Counted from the first letter of the stretch, positions 44,712 through 53,125 are shown. The stretch is DNA of 64,000 nucleotides from an uncultured virus (IMG/VR IMGVR_UViG_2061766007_000921) (IMGVR_UViG_2061766007_000921); one strand, 5' to 3'. A program made the numbers and translations. Notes: generated by a model not told the origin, from the letters alone.

Positions 44712-45008
44712 AGAACAAACTTTACTACATCAGAAACTTGATATAACCTCGGCTTTCGGAGCACCCTATTACCTCGATAGGATTCTACACGAGGATTGCT
44801 CTACCATTGTCTCTTAGGACGGTTTTACACCTCAGAGGTTTCTGCATCAATTACAACTTATTTTTTATACTTGTAATTTTAATATCATTAGACAACCCAT
44901 TACTATTATTCATGGTATCATATTCCATATACTACTGTACACTCGTATATCCGTTTCTCTAACTCAATTAGCAAGGTTCTGTAAAATTTATCAGAACAAG
45001 TTTGTTCT
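44712..45008 (-). ncRNA. ~297-nt structured RNA directly downstream of rsr
   Basis: 11-bp terminal stem AGAACAAACTT/AAGTTTGTTCT; internal helices and a pseudoknot. Confidence 0.6.
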
Positions 45009-45028
45009 AACTTTTTAAAGGTGGTCAA

Positions 45029-46690
45029 TTAAATGACCACCTTGGTTATTTCATCTATGACAGATGAAGCATTGAACTCGTTTGCAGAAATAGTGTCATA
45101 CAAAGTAGGACCATATCCGAACATGTAGAATACCTTACCGTCATTCTTCAATGGAGTAGTTCCATAAGAAGCAAGGTCAATTCCGTATACGTAAGGGCTG
45201 CAAACATCGTGAACATAAGTCTTGTATGCAGAACTAGTCAAACGACCGTTTACCTCATTGTCAGAAATAAACACGATTCTGTCATACTTCTTCTTGTCAC
45301 GAGTGATCAAGTTGAATGCTGCTGCAGGGTTAGTTCCACCGAACTCATCAGTACCAATCTTGTCAGCAAGAGAGAACACGTTCTCATTCTTGTTGTAAGT
45401 AAAGTAAGATGCGCTAGTACCGAACTTTACAATATCTGCATTGCATGACTTTGCAATAGTTGCAGCAATCAAACCTGCCTTGTAAGAACACTGACGGTGA
45501 CGTGTCTCATACCAGCTTCTAGACTGCTTGTAGTCAGGACGAGTATTGTAGAATACACCAGATCCCATAGAACCTGAGCAGTCTACAATAATGCAAGTCT
45601 TGCCGGTAAAGATGCTTCCAAGGTTTGGAATAGACTTTGTGTAACCGTCAATAAGAGCCTGCATTACTGAATTTGCGTAATCCATATTAGAAAACTCATC
45701 CTTGATGACATCATGTGCAACATCAAAGTATACAGGAAGAATAAGAGCCTGACGGATCTTCTTCTCATCTGTAATAAGCTTGATCCACATATCAATGGTT
45801 TCCTTACGAGGATTCTGCATGATATTACGGATATTTCTCAATGCAGCAAGCATACCAAGACGTCCATCCTTAAGAAGAGACTCCCAGTTATCTGCCTTAG
45901 CCTCAGCAAGAACCTTTTCAGCTTCTGCCTTAGAAAGCTTACCAGCACGAACCGCCTTAGCAACCTCCTGGCCAGCTTCTGACTGTGCAGACTCCCAAGT
46001 ATCTGCAGTGATAGTGATACCCTTCATAAGAGCATCAAGAGTCTTCATCTTCTTACCGTCTACAGTAATCTCTGAAACAGAGAGAGCAGACTTAGGGTGA
46101 GCAAGATTTGCAATGTCAATGACACTCTTGCTGTACTTACCAATAAGATAAGTATCCATCTTCTCGATTGCAGATGCAAATCCCTTCTTCATTGCATTTG
46201 ACATAGGAGACTTAGTAAGAGTGCAATATGCATCCTTGATCTCAGTCATGTCATCTGGACGAAAAATACATCCACCTCTCTTCATCTTCTTGTCAAAAAG
46301 ACCATAGAATCTCTTTGCATAATCCTTACCTGCAATGAAAGGTGCTACAATAGCAGCTGCAAGATGGTTAATGGTACGCATACCCTCACCGATGCAACGA
46401 GACCATACAATAGCCTGACATACAAAATAAGGATCATCAACTGCGATCTTTTCAATAAGATCACGAAGATCTCTCATAGTTTCATTCTCAGAACGATAAA
46501 ACTGAGGCTCAATCTTTAAAGTGTTGAGCATAGAAACAAGACGAAGCTTATCATTGATAGAATAAGCCGCATGACCCTGACGGTTAACAGTATCTTCCTT
46601 AGGAATGGTGTTAACCTCAATTACTCGCTCCTTGGTTGCAAGGCCGCCGAGTGCGCTCTTAAGCTGAGCGTTTCTTTCCTTCATCTTCAT
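45029..46690 (-). CDS. rsr: TROVE-domain Ro60/Rsr RNA-binding protein
   Basis: VNRQGHAAY, GMRT, RPDD, TWE, ALRNIRN, vWA DCSGSM...GGT...ISDNE. Confidence 0.9.
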   Translation of the reverse strand: MKMKERNAQLKSALGGLATKERVIEVNTIPKEDTVNRQGHAAYSINDKLRLVSMLNTLKIEPQFYRSENETMRDLRDLIEKIAVDDPYFVCQAIVWSRCIGEGMRTINHLAAAIVAPFIAGKDYAKRFYGLFDKKMKRGGCIFRPDDMTEIKDAYCTLTKSPMSNAMKKGFASAIEKMDTYLIGKYSKSVIDIANLAHPKSALSVSEITVDGKKMKTLDALMKGITITADTWESAQSEAGQEVAKAVRAGKLSKAEAEKVLAEAKADNWESLLKDGRLGMLAALRNIRNIMQNPRKETIDMWIKLITDEKKIRQALILPVYFDVAHDVIKDEFSNMDYANSVMQALIDGYTKSIPNLGSIFTGKTCIIVDCSGSMGSGVFYNTRPDYKQSRSWYETRHRQCSYKAGLIAATIAKSCNADIVKFGTSASYFTYNKNENVFSLADKIGTDEFGGTNPAAAFNLITRDKKKYDRIVFISDNEVNGRLTSSAYKTYVHDVCSPYVYGIDLASYGTTPLKNDGKVFYMFGYGPTLYDTISANEFNASSVIDEITKVVI

Positions 46691-46750
46691 AGTTTTGTTG
46701 TTTTTGTTTGACTATTAATTATTATTAAAGAATATTGTTAATTGCAAGTA

Positions 46751-46781
46751 CAAATATAATAATTTTATTTTAACCTGCAAA
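46751..46781 (-). promoter_or_regulatory. Bacteroidota-type promoter for rsr
   Basis: TTTG-N19-TATATTTG. Confidence 0.8.
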
Positions 46782-46801
46782 ATTTTTTACAACAAATTAA
46801 A

Positions 46802-46933
46802 TATACAGAGAAAATTATAAGAATTCATTTTTTAAATGTAATGTAAGAATTGAACTTACTACCCCAAAATTAATAGTTTTGTGCTCTACCATATGAGCTA
46901 ATTACGAAGAACCTCTTATGTGGCTGCTGTATA
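46802..46933 (-). ncRNA. Y-RNA-like 1 (module on acceptor stem; tRNA-like head, ATT loop)
   Basis: TATACAG/CTGTATA ends, CAGCCA..GTTCTTCG, then D, anticodon and T arms, then TTCTC. Confidence 0.75.
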
Positions 46934-46938
46934 ATTTG

Positions 46939-47012
46939 TAGGCTCGGGGAGACTCGAACTCCCAAGATTATGATCCTAAGTCATACGCGTCTGCCAGTTG
47001 CGCCACGAACCC
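46939..47012 (-). tRNA. tRNA-Leu(TAG), short variable loop
   Basis: Cloverleaf, loop CTTAGGA. Confidence 0.85.
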
Positions 47013-47019
47013 ATTATAG

Positions 47020-47091
47020 TTGAAGTATCCTGATTCGAACAGGAATTACAAGTGCCAAAAACTTGTGTGCTAACCATTGCACCATACTTCA
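47020..47091 (-). tRNA. tRNA-Gln(TTG)
   Basis: Cloverleaf. Confidence 0.88.
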
Positions 47092-47097
47092 ATATTG

Positions 47098-47169
47098 TTG
47101 TGGTCCAGGAAATCGAATCCCAATCCTCAGATCCAGAGTCCGATGTAATAACCATTATACGAGACCACA
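47098..47169 (-). tRNA. tRNA-Gln(CTG)
   Basis: Cloverleaf. Confidence 0.85.
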
Positions 47170-47179
47170 ATTTAATTTG

Positions 47180-47251
47180 CAGGCCCTCTAAGATTCGAAC
47201 TCAGATCCTATGGTTTTGGAGACCAAGATTTTACCGTTAAACTAAAGACCC
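47180..47251 (-). tRNA. tRNA-Trp(CCA)
   Basis: Cloverleaf. Confidence 0.88.
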
Positions 47252-47263
47252 ATTAATTATTAG

Positions 47264-47335
47264 AGCAGCTTAGCAGAATCGAACTGCCATCTCGGCCTTG
47301 GCAAGGCCATATAATAACCGTTATACGAAAGCTGC
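47264..47335 (-). tRNA. tRNA-Gly(GCC)
   Basis: Cloverleaf. Confidence 0.9.
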
Positions 47336-47337
47336 AT

Positions 47338-47418
47338 ATATGCTGAACGCTCTCACCGGTGCTTAAGCTACCCGACGATTGTCGCCGAGACAAGATTTGA
47401 ACTTGTACCTTTCAGACT
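47338..47418 (-). ncRNA. Circularly permuted tRNA-like gene opened at the anticodon loop
   Basis: CTGAA, T arm, CTCGGCG-ACAAT-CGTCGGG, D arm, TTCAG. Confidence 0.75.
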
Positions 47419-47420
47419 TG

Positions 47421-47493
47421 AGGGCACGACCGGATTCGAACCGGCATAATACAGTTTTGCAGACTGCTACCTAACCACTCGGAACACATGCCC
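47421..47493 (-). tRNA. tRNA-Cys(GCA)
   Basis: Cloverleaf. Confidence 0.9.
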
Positions 47494-47503
47494 ATTGAAA
47501 TTG

Positions 47504-47578
47504 TCGGGTAGAGCGGACTCGAACCACCATTATCGTGCCTCCTATGCACGCAACCTCAGCCAATTGGTTTACTACCCG
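47504..47578 (-). tRNA. tRNA-Pro(AGG), atypical
   Basis: CGTGC-ATAGGAG-GCACG; Pro-like acceptor. Confidence 0.7.
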
Positions 47579-48438
47579 ATATTATCATATAAATTATTAT
47601 AAAAATATCTACCATACTTGTCAATGACATATTTAAGATATGGTTGTATTTTTGTTCTATCTATAAATTCTACATTATCAACTTGTTCTAATTTTGCTTT
47701 ATTTTTTGGAGTGTAAAACCCTTTTATTTCTACAAGTTTACCATCTACTATAAAATCTGGATAAAACTTGCATATTTCATTTTCAAACGTATATTCAATA
47801 TAATCTTTATTTCTTTCTATTGAAATATTATGTTCTAAACAATATATTACATATGCTAATTCCCATGAACTATCACACCAAATGCCTTTATAATATCCTC
47901 TTTTATAATTTGTATGTGTAGTTTCAGGATTTAAACCTCCAAAATTATTGCATTTAGCCAATTCAGATAATTTTATATGTTTTGTTTTGTCTGAACATTC
48001 TCTAGAACAATATATAGAAGATTTATAATCTTTATATGTATAGTCTTTTCCACAACAAGTACAAGTTAATATCTTTAACTTTTTATAAGGATGCTTAATA
48101 TTCTTGCCAATCAAAGATATTGATTGTTTTTCTCTTAACTTTTTTATATCAGAATTTTTTAAAGTTAATCTATTAGAGCATAATCTTGAACAACATCTTT
48201 TATATTTTCCTGTTTCTAATTGTCTATCTGAAACAACAATTGTATAAGATGATCCACATACTTCACAAATTAAAGTTCTTTCTTTTACACCTGCATTTTT
48301 TGTTCTTCCTGATGATCTTTTTTTATTGAGTTCATCATATTTAGGATTTTTCTTACAAGTTAAATAATGTGAACCTAATTGTCTACCTTCTTCAAATTCT
48401 TGACCACAATATTTACATATATGTTTTTTCTCTTCCAC
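47572..48438 (-). CDS. Putative homing endonuclease (Zn fingers plus PD-(D/E)xK)
   Basis: CxxC repeats, DSSWE, FYPDF, VEIKG; inserted in the tRNA array. Confidence 0.7.
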   Translation of the reverse strand: MEEKKHICKYCGQEFEEGRQLGSHYLTCKKNPKYDELNKKRSSGRTKNAGVKERTLICEVCGSSYTIVVSDRQLETGKYKRCCSRLCSNRLTLKNSDIKKLREKQSISLIGKNIKHPYKKLKILTCTCCGKDYTYKDYKSSIYCSRECSDKTKHIKLSELAKCNNFGGLNPETTHTNYKRGYYKGIWCDSSWELAYVIYCLEHNISIERNKDYIEYTFENEICKFYPDFIVDGKLVEIKGFYTPKNKAKLEQVDNVEFIDRTKIQPYLKYVIDKYGRYFYNNLYDNIG

Positions 48439-48562
48439 AATAAATTAAATCAGTTTATATATTTATTAAAGAGCAAGAAAATAAAATCGAACTTATTCTT
48501 ATATATATTATATAATAAAATAAGTTACAAGATTAAAACCTGTAACTTATTAATTATTAATA

Positions 48563-48637
48563 TGGAGCGAGTAACCAGAATCGAACTGGCATCTTAAGAG
48601 TGGAAATCTCATGCACTAGCCGTTGTGCTATACTCGC
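48563..48637 (-). tRNA. tRNA-Gly(TCC)
   Basis: Cloverleaf with CCA. Confidence 0.92.
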
Positions 48638-48685
48638 AAATTATATAGGTGAATATCACCTATATATTATATCAACATTTATCTA

Positions 48686-49309
48686 TTAAGGCCACTCTCC
48701 AAGAGGTGCATTAAAACCAGAACCCTCAAATACAGGATTCTTATCTGATACTTTTCCAGTTACTGCATCAACATAAAGCTGAGCTTGACTATTTCCGAAA
48801 ATGTACTGTGGATTGGCATCAATAGGTCCAACTTCTTTTCTCAATACGCAATGTTTTGAATGAGGCTTTGGATAATTAACTTCTAAAATCTTCTTATATG
48901 CTTCTTTGAATGAAATTACAATTGCTTCAGCATTGAGAGGAAAATCTTCTACCCAAAATCCTTCTTTTACATCAATCTGATCACCTTCAAGAGTATGTGA
49001 AGTTAAAATAACATTAACATCAGCACTGTGTTCATCTTGATTAAATACTACTTGAAATACTGATGATACACCAGCAACAGTACCGTCACAATTTTCATCA
49101 TCAAGATAGTCTTTCAAAAGAACACAAGTCTCATACCATCTGTAATCAGAATTGTAATTGAGAAACATATACTCACGATCTACAGAAATTGTATTTTCTA
49201 CTACAAGTTCTCCAGTAGGTTCAACTGCAGGCTCTTTCTTGCAAGAAGTACATCCAACAATGAAACCAAGTGAGCATACAAGTAACAATGTAAAAATAAA
49301 CTTTTTCAT
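48686..49309 (-). CDS. Hypothetical lipoprotein
   Basis: Signal peptide with lipobox-like Cys. Confidence 0.7.
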   Translation of the reverse strand: MKKFIFTLLLVCSLGFIVGCTSCKKEPAVEPTGELVVENTISVDREYMFLNYNSDYRWYETCVLLKDYLDDENCDGTVAGVSSVFQVVFNQDEHSADVNVILTSHTLEGDQIDVKEGFWVEDFPLNAEAIVISFKEAYKKILEVNYPKPHSKHCVLRKEVGPIDANPQYIFGNSQAQLYVDAVTGKVSDKNPVFEGSGFNAPLGEWP

Positions 49310-49387
49310 TTTATGTAATTATTTTTAAAGTATTAGAAATTGTATCTATTACATTAAAAATTTATTACAAATATTTCAAATTTATTG

Positions 49388-49459
49388 TTCCAACGGACAA
49401 TTCCGAGATGTCGACCTGGAGGATATGAATCTCCTGCTCTGCCTCTGAGCTACGTTGGA
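49388..49459 (-). tRNA. tRNA with CAT anticodon (Met or Ile2), non-canonical T loop
   Basis: Loop TTCATAT; T loop CTCGGAA. Confidence 0.7.
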
Positions 49460-49469
49460 ATAAAATAAG

Positions 49470-49541
49470 TTGAGGTATCCTGATTCGAACAGGAATTACA
49501 GGTGCCAAAAACCTGTGTCCTAACCATTGGACGATACCTCA
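49470..49541 (-). tRNA. tRNA-Gln(TTG), second copy
   Basis: Paralog of 47020..47091 with compensatory changes. Confidence 0.88.
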
Positions 49542-49554
49542 ATATTATTAATTG

Positions 49555-49628
49555 ATCCGGAAATCAGACTTGAACTGACGACCTCTTCCTTACCAAGGAA
49601 GCGCGACTACCAACTGTGCTATTCCGGA
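49555..49628 (-). tRNA. tRNA-Thr(GGT)
   Basis: Cloverleaf. Confidence 0.9.
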
Positions 49629-49795
49629 ATATTGGAAAGTTTTCAGCATACCAGATATTCTGGTATTCCTCCTTCTAGAGGATTAAGGTACTTTCCTAGA
49701 CTCACTACCTTGGCGTTACTCAGTCACCTGTCTCTCCACGGACATCCACTTTACCTGAGAGCTCTGCATCTGTTGTGTGGACCAATACAGCATCG

Positions 49796-49870
49796 GGAGA
49801 ATAGTGGGAGTCGAACCCACTGCCTGAAGAGCCACAATCTTCCGCTCTGACCAGATAAGCTATATCCTCC
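49796..49870 (-). tRNA. tRNA-His(GTG)
   Basis: Cloverleaf, G-1:C73. Confidence 0.9.
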
Positions 49871-49877
49871 ATGTAAA

Positions 49878-50033
49878 AATAATGTAGTGCCGCGGCAAGG
49901 AACTATCCAGTATCACTGTTCTCGACCTCCCCTTAAGGATTATTTCAGACTCCACTCAGATGCTTTCAGTTGCTTTGCCACCTTAACGGTTGATGAGTTT
50001 CCTGAGGTACAACTTACTTTTTACTACATTATT
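49878..50033 (-). ncRNA. ~156-nt structured RNA with a 23S H97-like loop
   Basis: 11-bp terminal stem; ACT-GAAAGCATCTG-AGT. Confidence 0.55.
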
Positions 50034-50035
50034 TG

Positions 50036-50110
50036 TACCTCGGCTGCGATTCGAACGCAGGACCCACAGCTTAGAAGGCTGTTGCTTCTATCCAACTGAG
50101 CTACCGAGGC
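50036..50110 (-). tRNA. tRNA-Arg(TCT)
   Basis: Cloverleaf. Confidence 0.9.
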
Positions 50111-50118
50111 ATATTTAA

Positions 50119-50247
50119 ATACAGAGAAAGTTGTAAAGAATCAAAAAATGTAAATGTTGGATTTGAACCAACGACTTTCGGCTTGGAATGCTGACGAACT
50201 AACCACTGTTCAAATTTACGATGAACTTCTTTACTTGGCTGCTGTAT
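50119..50247 (-). ncRNA. Y-RNA-like 2 (module on acceptor stem; TCC loop)
   Basis: ATACAG/CTGTAT ends, CAGCCAA..GTTCATCG, tRNA arms, TTCTC. Confidence 0.75.
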
Positions 50248-50254
50248 ATTGTTG

Positions 50255-50400
50255 TGGCGGGTGAAGGACTCGAACCTCCAATCTTTTGTTCCAAATACAA
50301 ATGTGTTTACCGACGAAGTAACTCAATGATATGACTACCATATGATTACTCACAAGGAGAATGAAATCTTGAGTGTTTTCTAAAATTTCACTAACCCGCC
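50255..50400 (-). ncRNA. Y-RNA-like 3 (module inserted in the D loop of a Gln(TTG)-like tRNA)
   Basis: GGCGGGT/ACCCGCC acceptor; insert TTCTC...TAGTCA..GTTACTTCG. Confidence 0.7.
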
Positions 50401-50405
50401 ATTTG

Positions 50406-50478
50406 TGGAACTTACGAGAATCGAACTCGTACCTTAGGCTTGCAAAGCCCACGTGCTAACCGTTATCACTAAAGCCCC
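50406..50478 (-). tRNA. tRNA-Ala(TGC)
   Basis: Cloverleaf, G3.U70. Confidence 0.9.
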
Positions 50479-50490
50479 ATATAAAAATTA

Positions 50491-50638
50491 AACAAAAAAG
50501 ATAAAGAATTCTAAACAAAAGTATAAATCAAATGACAAATACCGGATTCGAACCGATAATTAAAAAATGGAAGTTTTTCGCGTTTTCCTATTACGCCAAT
50601 TCGCCGAAGTAACTTTTATTTTGGCTATTATCTTTGTT
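50491..50638 (-). ncRNA. Y-RNA-like 4 (module on acceptor stem; Gly(TCC)-like head)
   Basis: TAGCCAA..GTTACTTCG followed by a full cloverleaf. Confidence 0.72.
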
Positions 50639-50640
50639 AG

Positions 50641-50714
50641 AGCCAGCGACCGGAATCGAACCGACAACCTGCTGATTACAAATCAGCTGCAACTACCAAT
50701 TGTGCTACGCTGGC
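50641..50714 (-). tRNA. tRNA-Thr(TGT)
   Basis: Cloverleaf. Confidence 0.9.
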
Positions 50715-50720
50715 ATATAA

Positions 50721-50933
50721 AATAAAGCTTCCAACTCTCACAGAGCTCTTTACGGAATATTCTTCTCTGCTTCCGATTAACTTCACATAAGATATATGAT
50801 CACTAATCTTATACTTATATAATCTGCACTGGGACATCATCAATTTTAAATTTGGCCAAAACCGTGATGCATATTCTTGCAGCGAGTCTTTGCAAGGTCT
50901 TTTCAAACCTGAGTACCCTTCGGAAACTTTATT
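50721..50933 (-). ncRNA. ~213-nt structured RNA of unknown class
   Basis: 12-bp terminal stem AATAAAGTTTCC/GGAAGCTTTATT between tRNAs. Confidence 0.5.
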
Positions 50934-50936
50934 TTG

Positions 50937-51011
50937 TGGCTTCGACCGGATTCGAACCGATGACCTTCTGAATGTAAGTCAGATGCTCTAAACCATCTGC
51001 GCTACGAAGCC
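50937..51011 (-). tRNA. tRNA-Val(TAC)
   Basis: Cloverleaf. Confidence 0.9.
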
Positions 51012-51035
51012 ATTATAAATTATATCTAAAATTTG

Positions 51036-51110
51036 TCGGGCCGACCAGACTCGAACTGGCAATCTTTGCCGTGAAAGGGCAATGTCCTAAACCTATTAGA
51101 CGACGGCTCG
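51036..51110 (-). tRNA. tRNA-Glu(TTC)
   Basis: Cloverleaf. Confidence 0.88.
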
Positions 51111-51111
51111 A

Positions 51112-51347
51112 TGGCGGGGATAGAAGGATTTGAACCTACTATTCTGGATTGTGTCCCAGAAAATTACGAAGTAACTTTGACTTGACTACTTCCTATATTT
51201 TAATTTTTCCTCACATCACCCTGTCCAAGTGGAGCTAACAATACTTTAAGTCACTTGGTCAAGCAAAAACCAGGTTCTGTGAAGCCGCCTAGCAAAGAGA
51301 AAGTAGACAAAGAACAATGTAACCGACTTACCATGTCGAATATCCCC
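51112..51347 (-). ncRNA. Y-RNA-like 5 (YrlA-type: module replaces the anticodon arm; large apical insert; long variable arm; CCA)
   Basis: GGGGATA/TATCCCC-GCCA, D arm, TTTCTC...TAGTCAA..GTTACTTCG, T arm. Confidence 0.75.
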
Positions 51348-51352
51348 ATTTG

Positions 51353-51427
51353 TACTCCCAGTGGGACTCGAACCCACAATTTCAACCTTGAGAGGGTTGC
51401 GGCTTAAACCTGTTTGCCCATAGGAGC
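51353..51427 (-). tRNA. tRNA-Glu(CTC)
   Basis: Cloverleaf. Confidence 0.88.
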
Positions 51428-51437
51428 ATTTACTCTG

Positions 51438-51510
51438 TGGAGCAGGGTGGTAACGATCCACCTCCCTCGGATTTTCAGTCCGCTGCAATCACCTGATCTG
51501 CCACTGCTCC
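51438..51510 (-). tRNA. tRNA-Phe(GAA)
   Basis: Cloverleaf, atypical T loop ATCGTTA. Confidence 0.82.
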
Positions 51511-51518
51511 ATATATTG

Positions 51519-51592
51519 TCGGGATAGCGGGACTCGAACCCACGACCTCATGCTCCCAAAGCACGCATACTAGCCAACTGTACTATATCCCG
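51519..51592 (-). tRNA. tRNA-Pro(TGG)
   Basis: Cloverleaf. Confidence 0.92.
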
Positions 51593-51705
51593 ATAATAAT
51601 TGATTTAAATGTGCTGCTCAAATTCTATACACCAAACAGACAAACCATGATGTGTAGTCTGTTTCCAAACAGGACTTTAACCTGGACTCCTTTAAATCAT
51701 AAATT

Positions 51706-51791
51706 AAGTTGAGAAAATTGCCAAAGGAAAATTTTTCAAGTGTTCTGAGTTGCAATCGGAATTCGAAGTATCCTTTAACTGACTTCAACTT
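51706..51791 (-). ncRNA. Y-RNA-like 6 (minimal)
   Basis: AAGTTGA/TCAACTT ends, AGTCA..GATACTTCG, TTCTC. Confidence 0.65.
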
Positions 51792-51795
51792 TTAG

Positions 51796-51871
51796 CGGTG
51801 TAGAGGGGTGTCGATCCCCAATTTTTACTGACGTGACAGGCCAGTTCCTCCCCCGGAAGGCTCACTACACC
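51796..51871 (-). tRNA. tRNA-Asp(GTC), atypical D and T loops
   Basis: Loop CTGTCAC. Confidence 0.78.
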
Positions 51872-51880
51872 ATAATTTTG

Positions 51881-51955
51881 CGGTCCGTACGGGACTCGAA
51901 CCCGTGAACTCCACCGTGACAGGGTGGCATGATACACCTACTTCACCAACGAACC
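51881..51955 (-). tRNA. tRNA-Asp(GTC)
   Basis: Cloverleaf. Confidence 0.9.
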
Positions 51956-51962
51956 ATAATTA

Positions 51963-52047
51963 AAATTTAGAGAATAACAGAAAAAGTAAACAGTTTGAAA
52001 TGTTTCCCAGTAATTTCGAAGTAACTTTTTCTTTGGCTACTAAATTT
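51963..52047 (-). ncRNA. Y-RNA-like 7 (minimal)
   Basis: AAATTTAG/CTAAATTT ends, TAGCCAA..GTTACTTCG, TTCTC. Confidence 0.7.
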
Positions 52048-52048
52048 G

Positions 52049-52120
52049 CGGCTTGAGAGAATTACGATATCTCGACCCACGGCTTAACAGGCCGTTGCTC
52101 TGCCTCTGAGCTACCAAGCC
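52049..52120 (-). tRNA. tRNA-Asn(GTT), non-canonical T loop
   Basis: Cloverleaf; T loop ATCGTAA. Confidence 0.8.
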
Positions 52121-52237
52121 ATATTAAATATAATTTATGCTTCAGGTGGTTCTTCAGAGTGCCACTCCTTTGTGCTCTCCCTGAATTATGGTTGGCTAAT
52201 CTCCCACATAAATTATATATCAGTGTACACTGTAGTG

Positions 52238-52312
52238 TCTAGTAGGTGGGACTCGAACTCACATTATCCTGGCTCCAGACCAGGCAACCTCAGCCAATTG
52301 GTTTACTACTAG
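52238..52312 (-). tRNA. tRNA-Pro(TGG)-like with C33/A37
   Basis: Loop TCTGGAG; D arm identical to 47504..47578. Confidence 0.65.
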
Positions 52313-52322
52313 TTAAATTGTG

Positions 52323-52399
52323 TCGGGATGGAGGGATTTGAACCCCCGTGCAACCAGCTACCGTTTCAACAAGGTATAAGCTTGAGCGGATACATCCCG
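52323..52399 (-). ncRNA. Rearranged tRNA-like RNA, TAT anticodon loop
   Basis: Acceptor and T arm normal; D-loop-like AGCTGG lies 3' of the anticodon arm. Confidence 0.65.
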
Positions 52400-52404
52400 T
52401 AAAT

Positions 52405-52498
52405 AATTAAGTTTAGATAGAGTAGAAGTAAAAAGTTAATTGTGATTATCAGTCGGAATTAATAATAGAAGTAACTCGTTACATAGCCAAACTTAATT
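52405..52498 (-). ncRNA. Y-RNA-like 8 (minimal, divergent)
   Basis: AATTAAGTTT/AAACTTAATT ends, GGCTA..GTTACTTC. Confidence 0.55.
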
Positions 52499-52500
52499 TG

Positions 52501-52574
52501 TAGAGGGAGTGGGATTCGAACCCACAGGAATCGGTGTTTGAGACCGACGCGTCTACCGGTTGCGCCATCCCTCC
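52501..52574 (-). tRNA. tRNA-Leu(CAA), short variable loop
   Basis: Cloverleaf. Confidence 0.85.
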
Positions 52575-52678
52575 ATAAAGTGGAGGACCCATACCGTCAC
52601 GGCGGTATCCTCCAATAAAGTTTACAGATTCCAACATGTCAAAGAACCTGAGATTTAAGAATAAATCTAAAATCTTCG

Positions 52679-52753
52679 CGGGGATAGAGGGACTCGAACC
52701 CACAACCATCGGCTTAACAGGCCGCCGCTCTCAACCATTAAAGCTATATCCCC
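52679..52753 (-). tRNA. tRNA-Asn(GTT)
   Basis: Cloverleaf. Confidence 0.9.
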
Positions 52754-52787
52754 ATATTTCTAAAGAACTTGTTTTGAAATTATATTG

Positions 52788-52818
52788 CAAATATAAACAA
52801 AGTTTTTGAATCTGCAAA
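52788..52818 (-). promoter_or_regulatory. Bacteroidota-type promoter
   Basis: TTTG-N19-TATATTTG. Confidence 0.8.
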
Positions 52819-52837
52819 ATTTTTTCAAAAAATTTTG

Positions 52838-52913
52838 TACTGGGTACCGGATTCGAACCGGTGTCGACGGTGTGAAAGGCCGCCCGCCTCAACCACTAGC
52901 AGAATAACCCAGC
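52838..52913 (-). tRNA. tRNA-Glu(TTC)
   Basis: Cloverleaf. Confidence 0.82.
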
Positions 52914-53050
52914 ATATATTTCAAAATGTAGATGGTAATTGGGCTTTACCATATTTCAATTGCGCTCCTGCATTACCGGAAATTAGCAACAGTGTAATCT
53001 AACCTCGCCCTTGACTTATACGACTACATTTATATTTCAAATAACTATTG

Positions 53051-53125
53051 TGCTCCCGGTGGGATTCGAACCCACGTAGTCACTGCTTAAGAGGCAGGTA
53101 CCTAAAACCGCTCGGCCACAGAAGC
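53051..53125 (-). tRNA. tRNA-Lys(CTT)
   Basis: Cloverleaf. Confidence 0.88.

Noticed and set aside
49632..49790. Glycine riboswitch-like words (CTCTCAGG, GGAGAGA)
   Set aside because: Order and pairing do not give a complete aptamer and no downstream CDS is controlled
51112..51347. tmRNA or intron-containing tRNA
   Set aside because: No G3.U70 pair, intact D stem, no group I core; the insert carries the Y module
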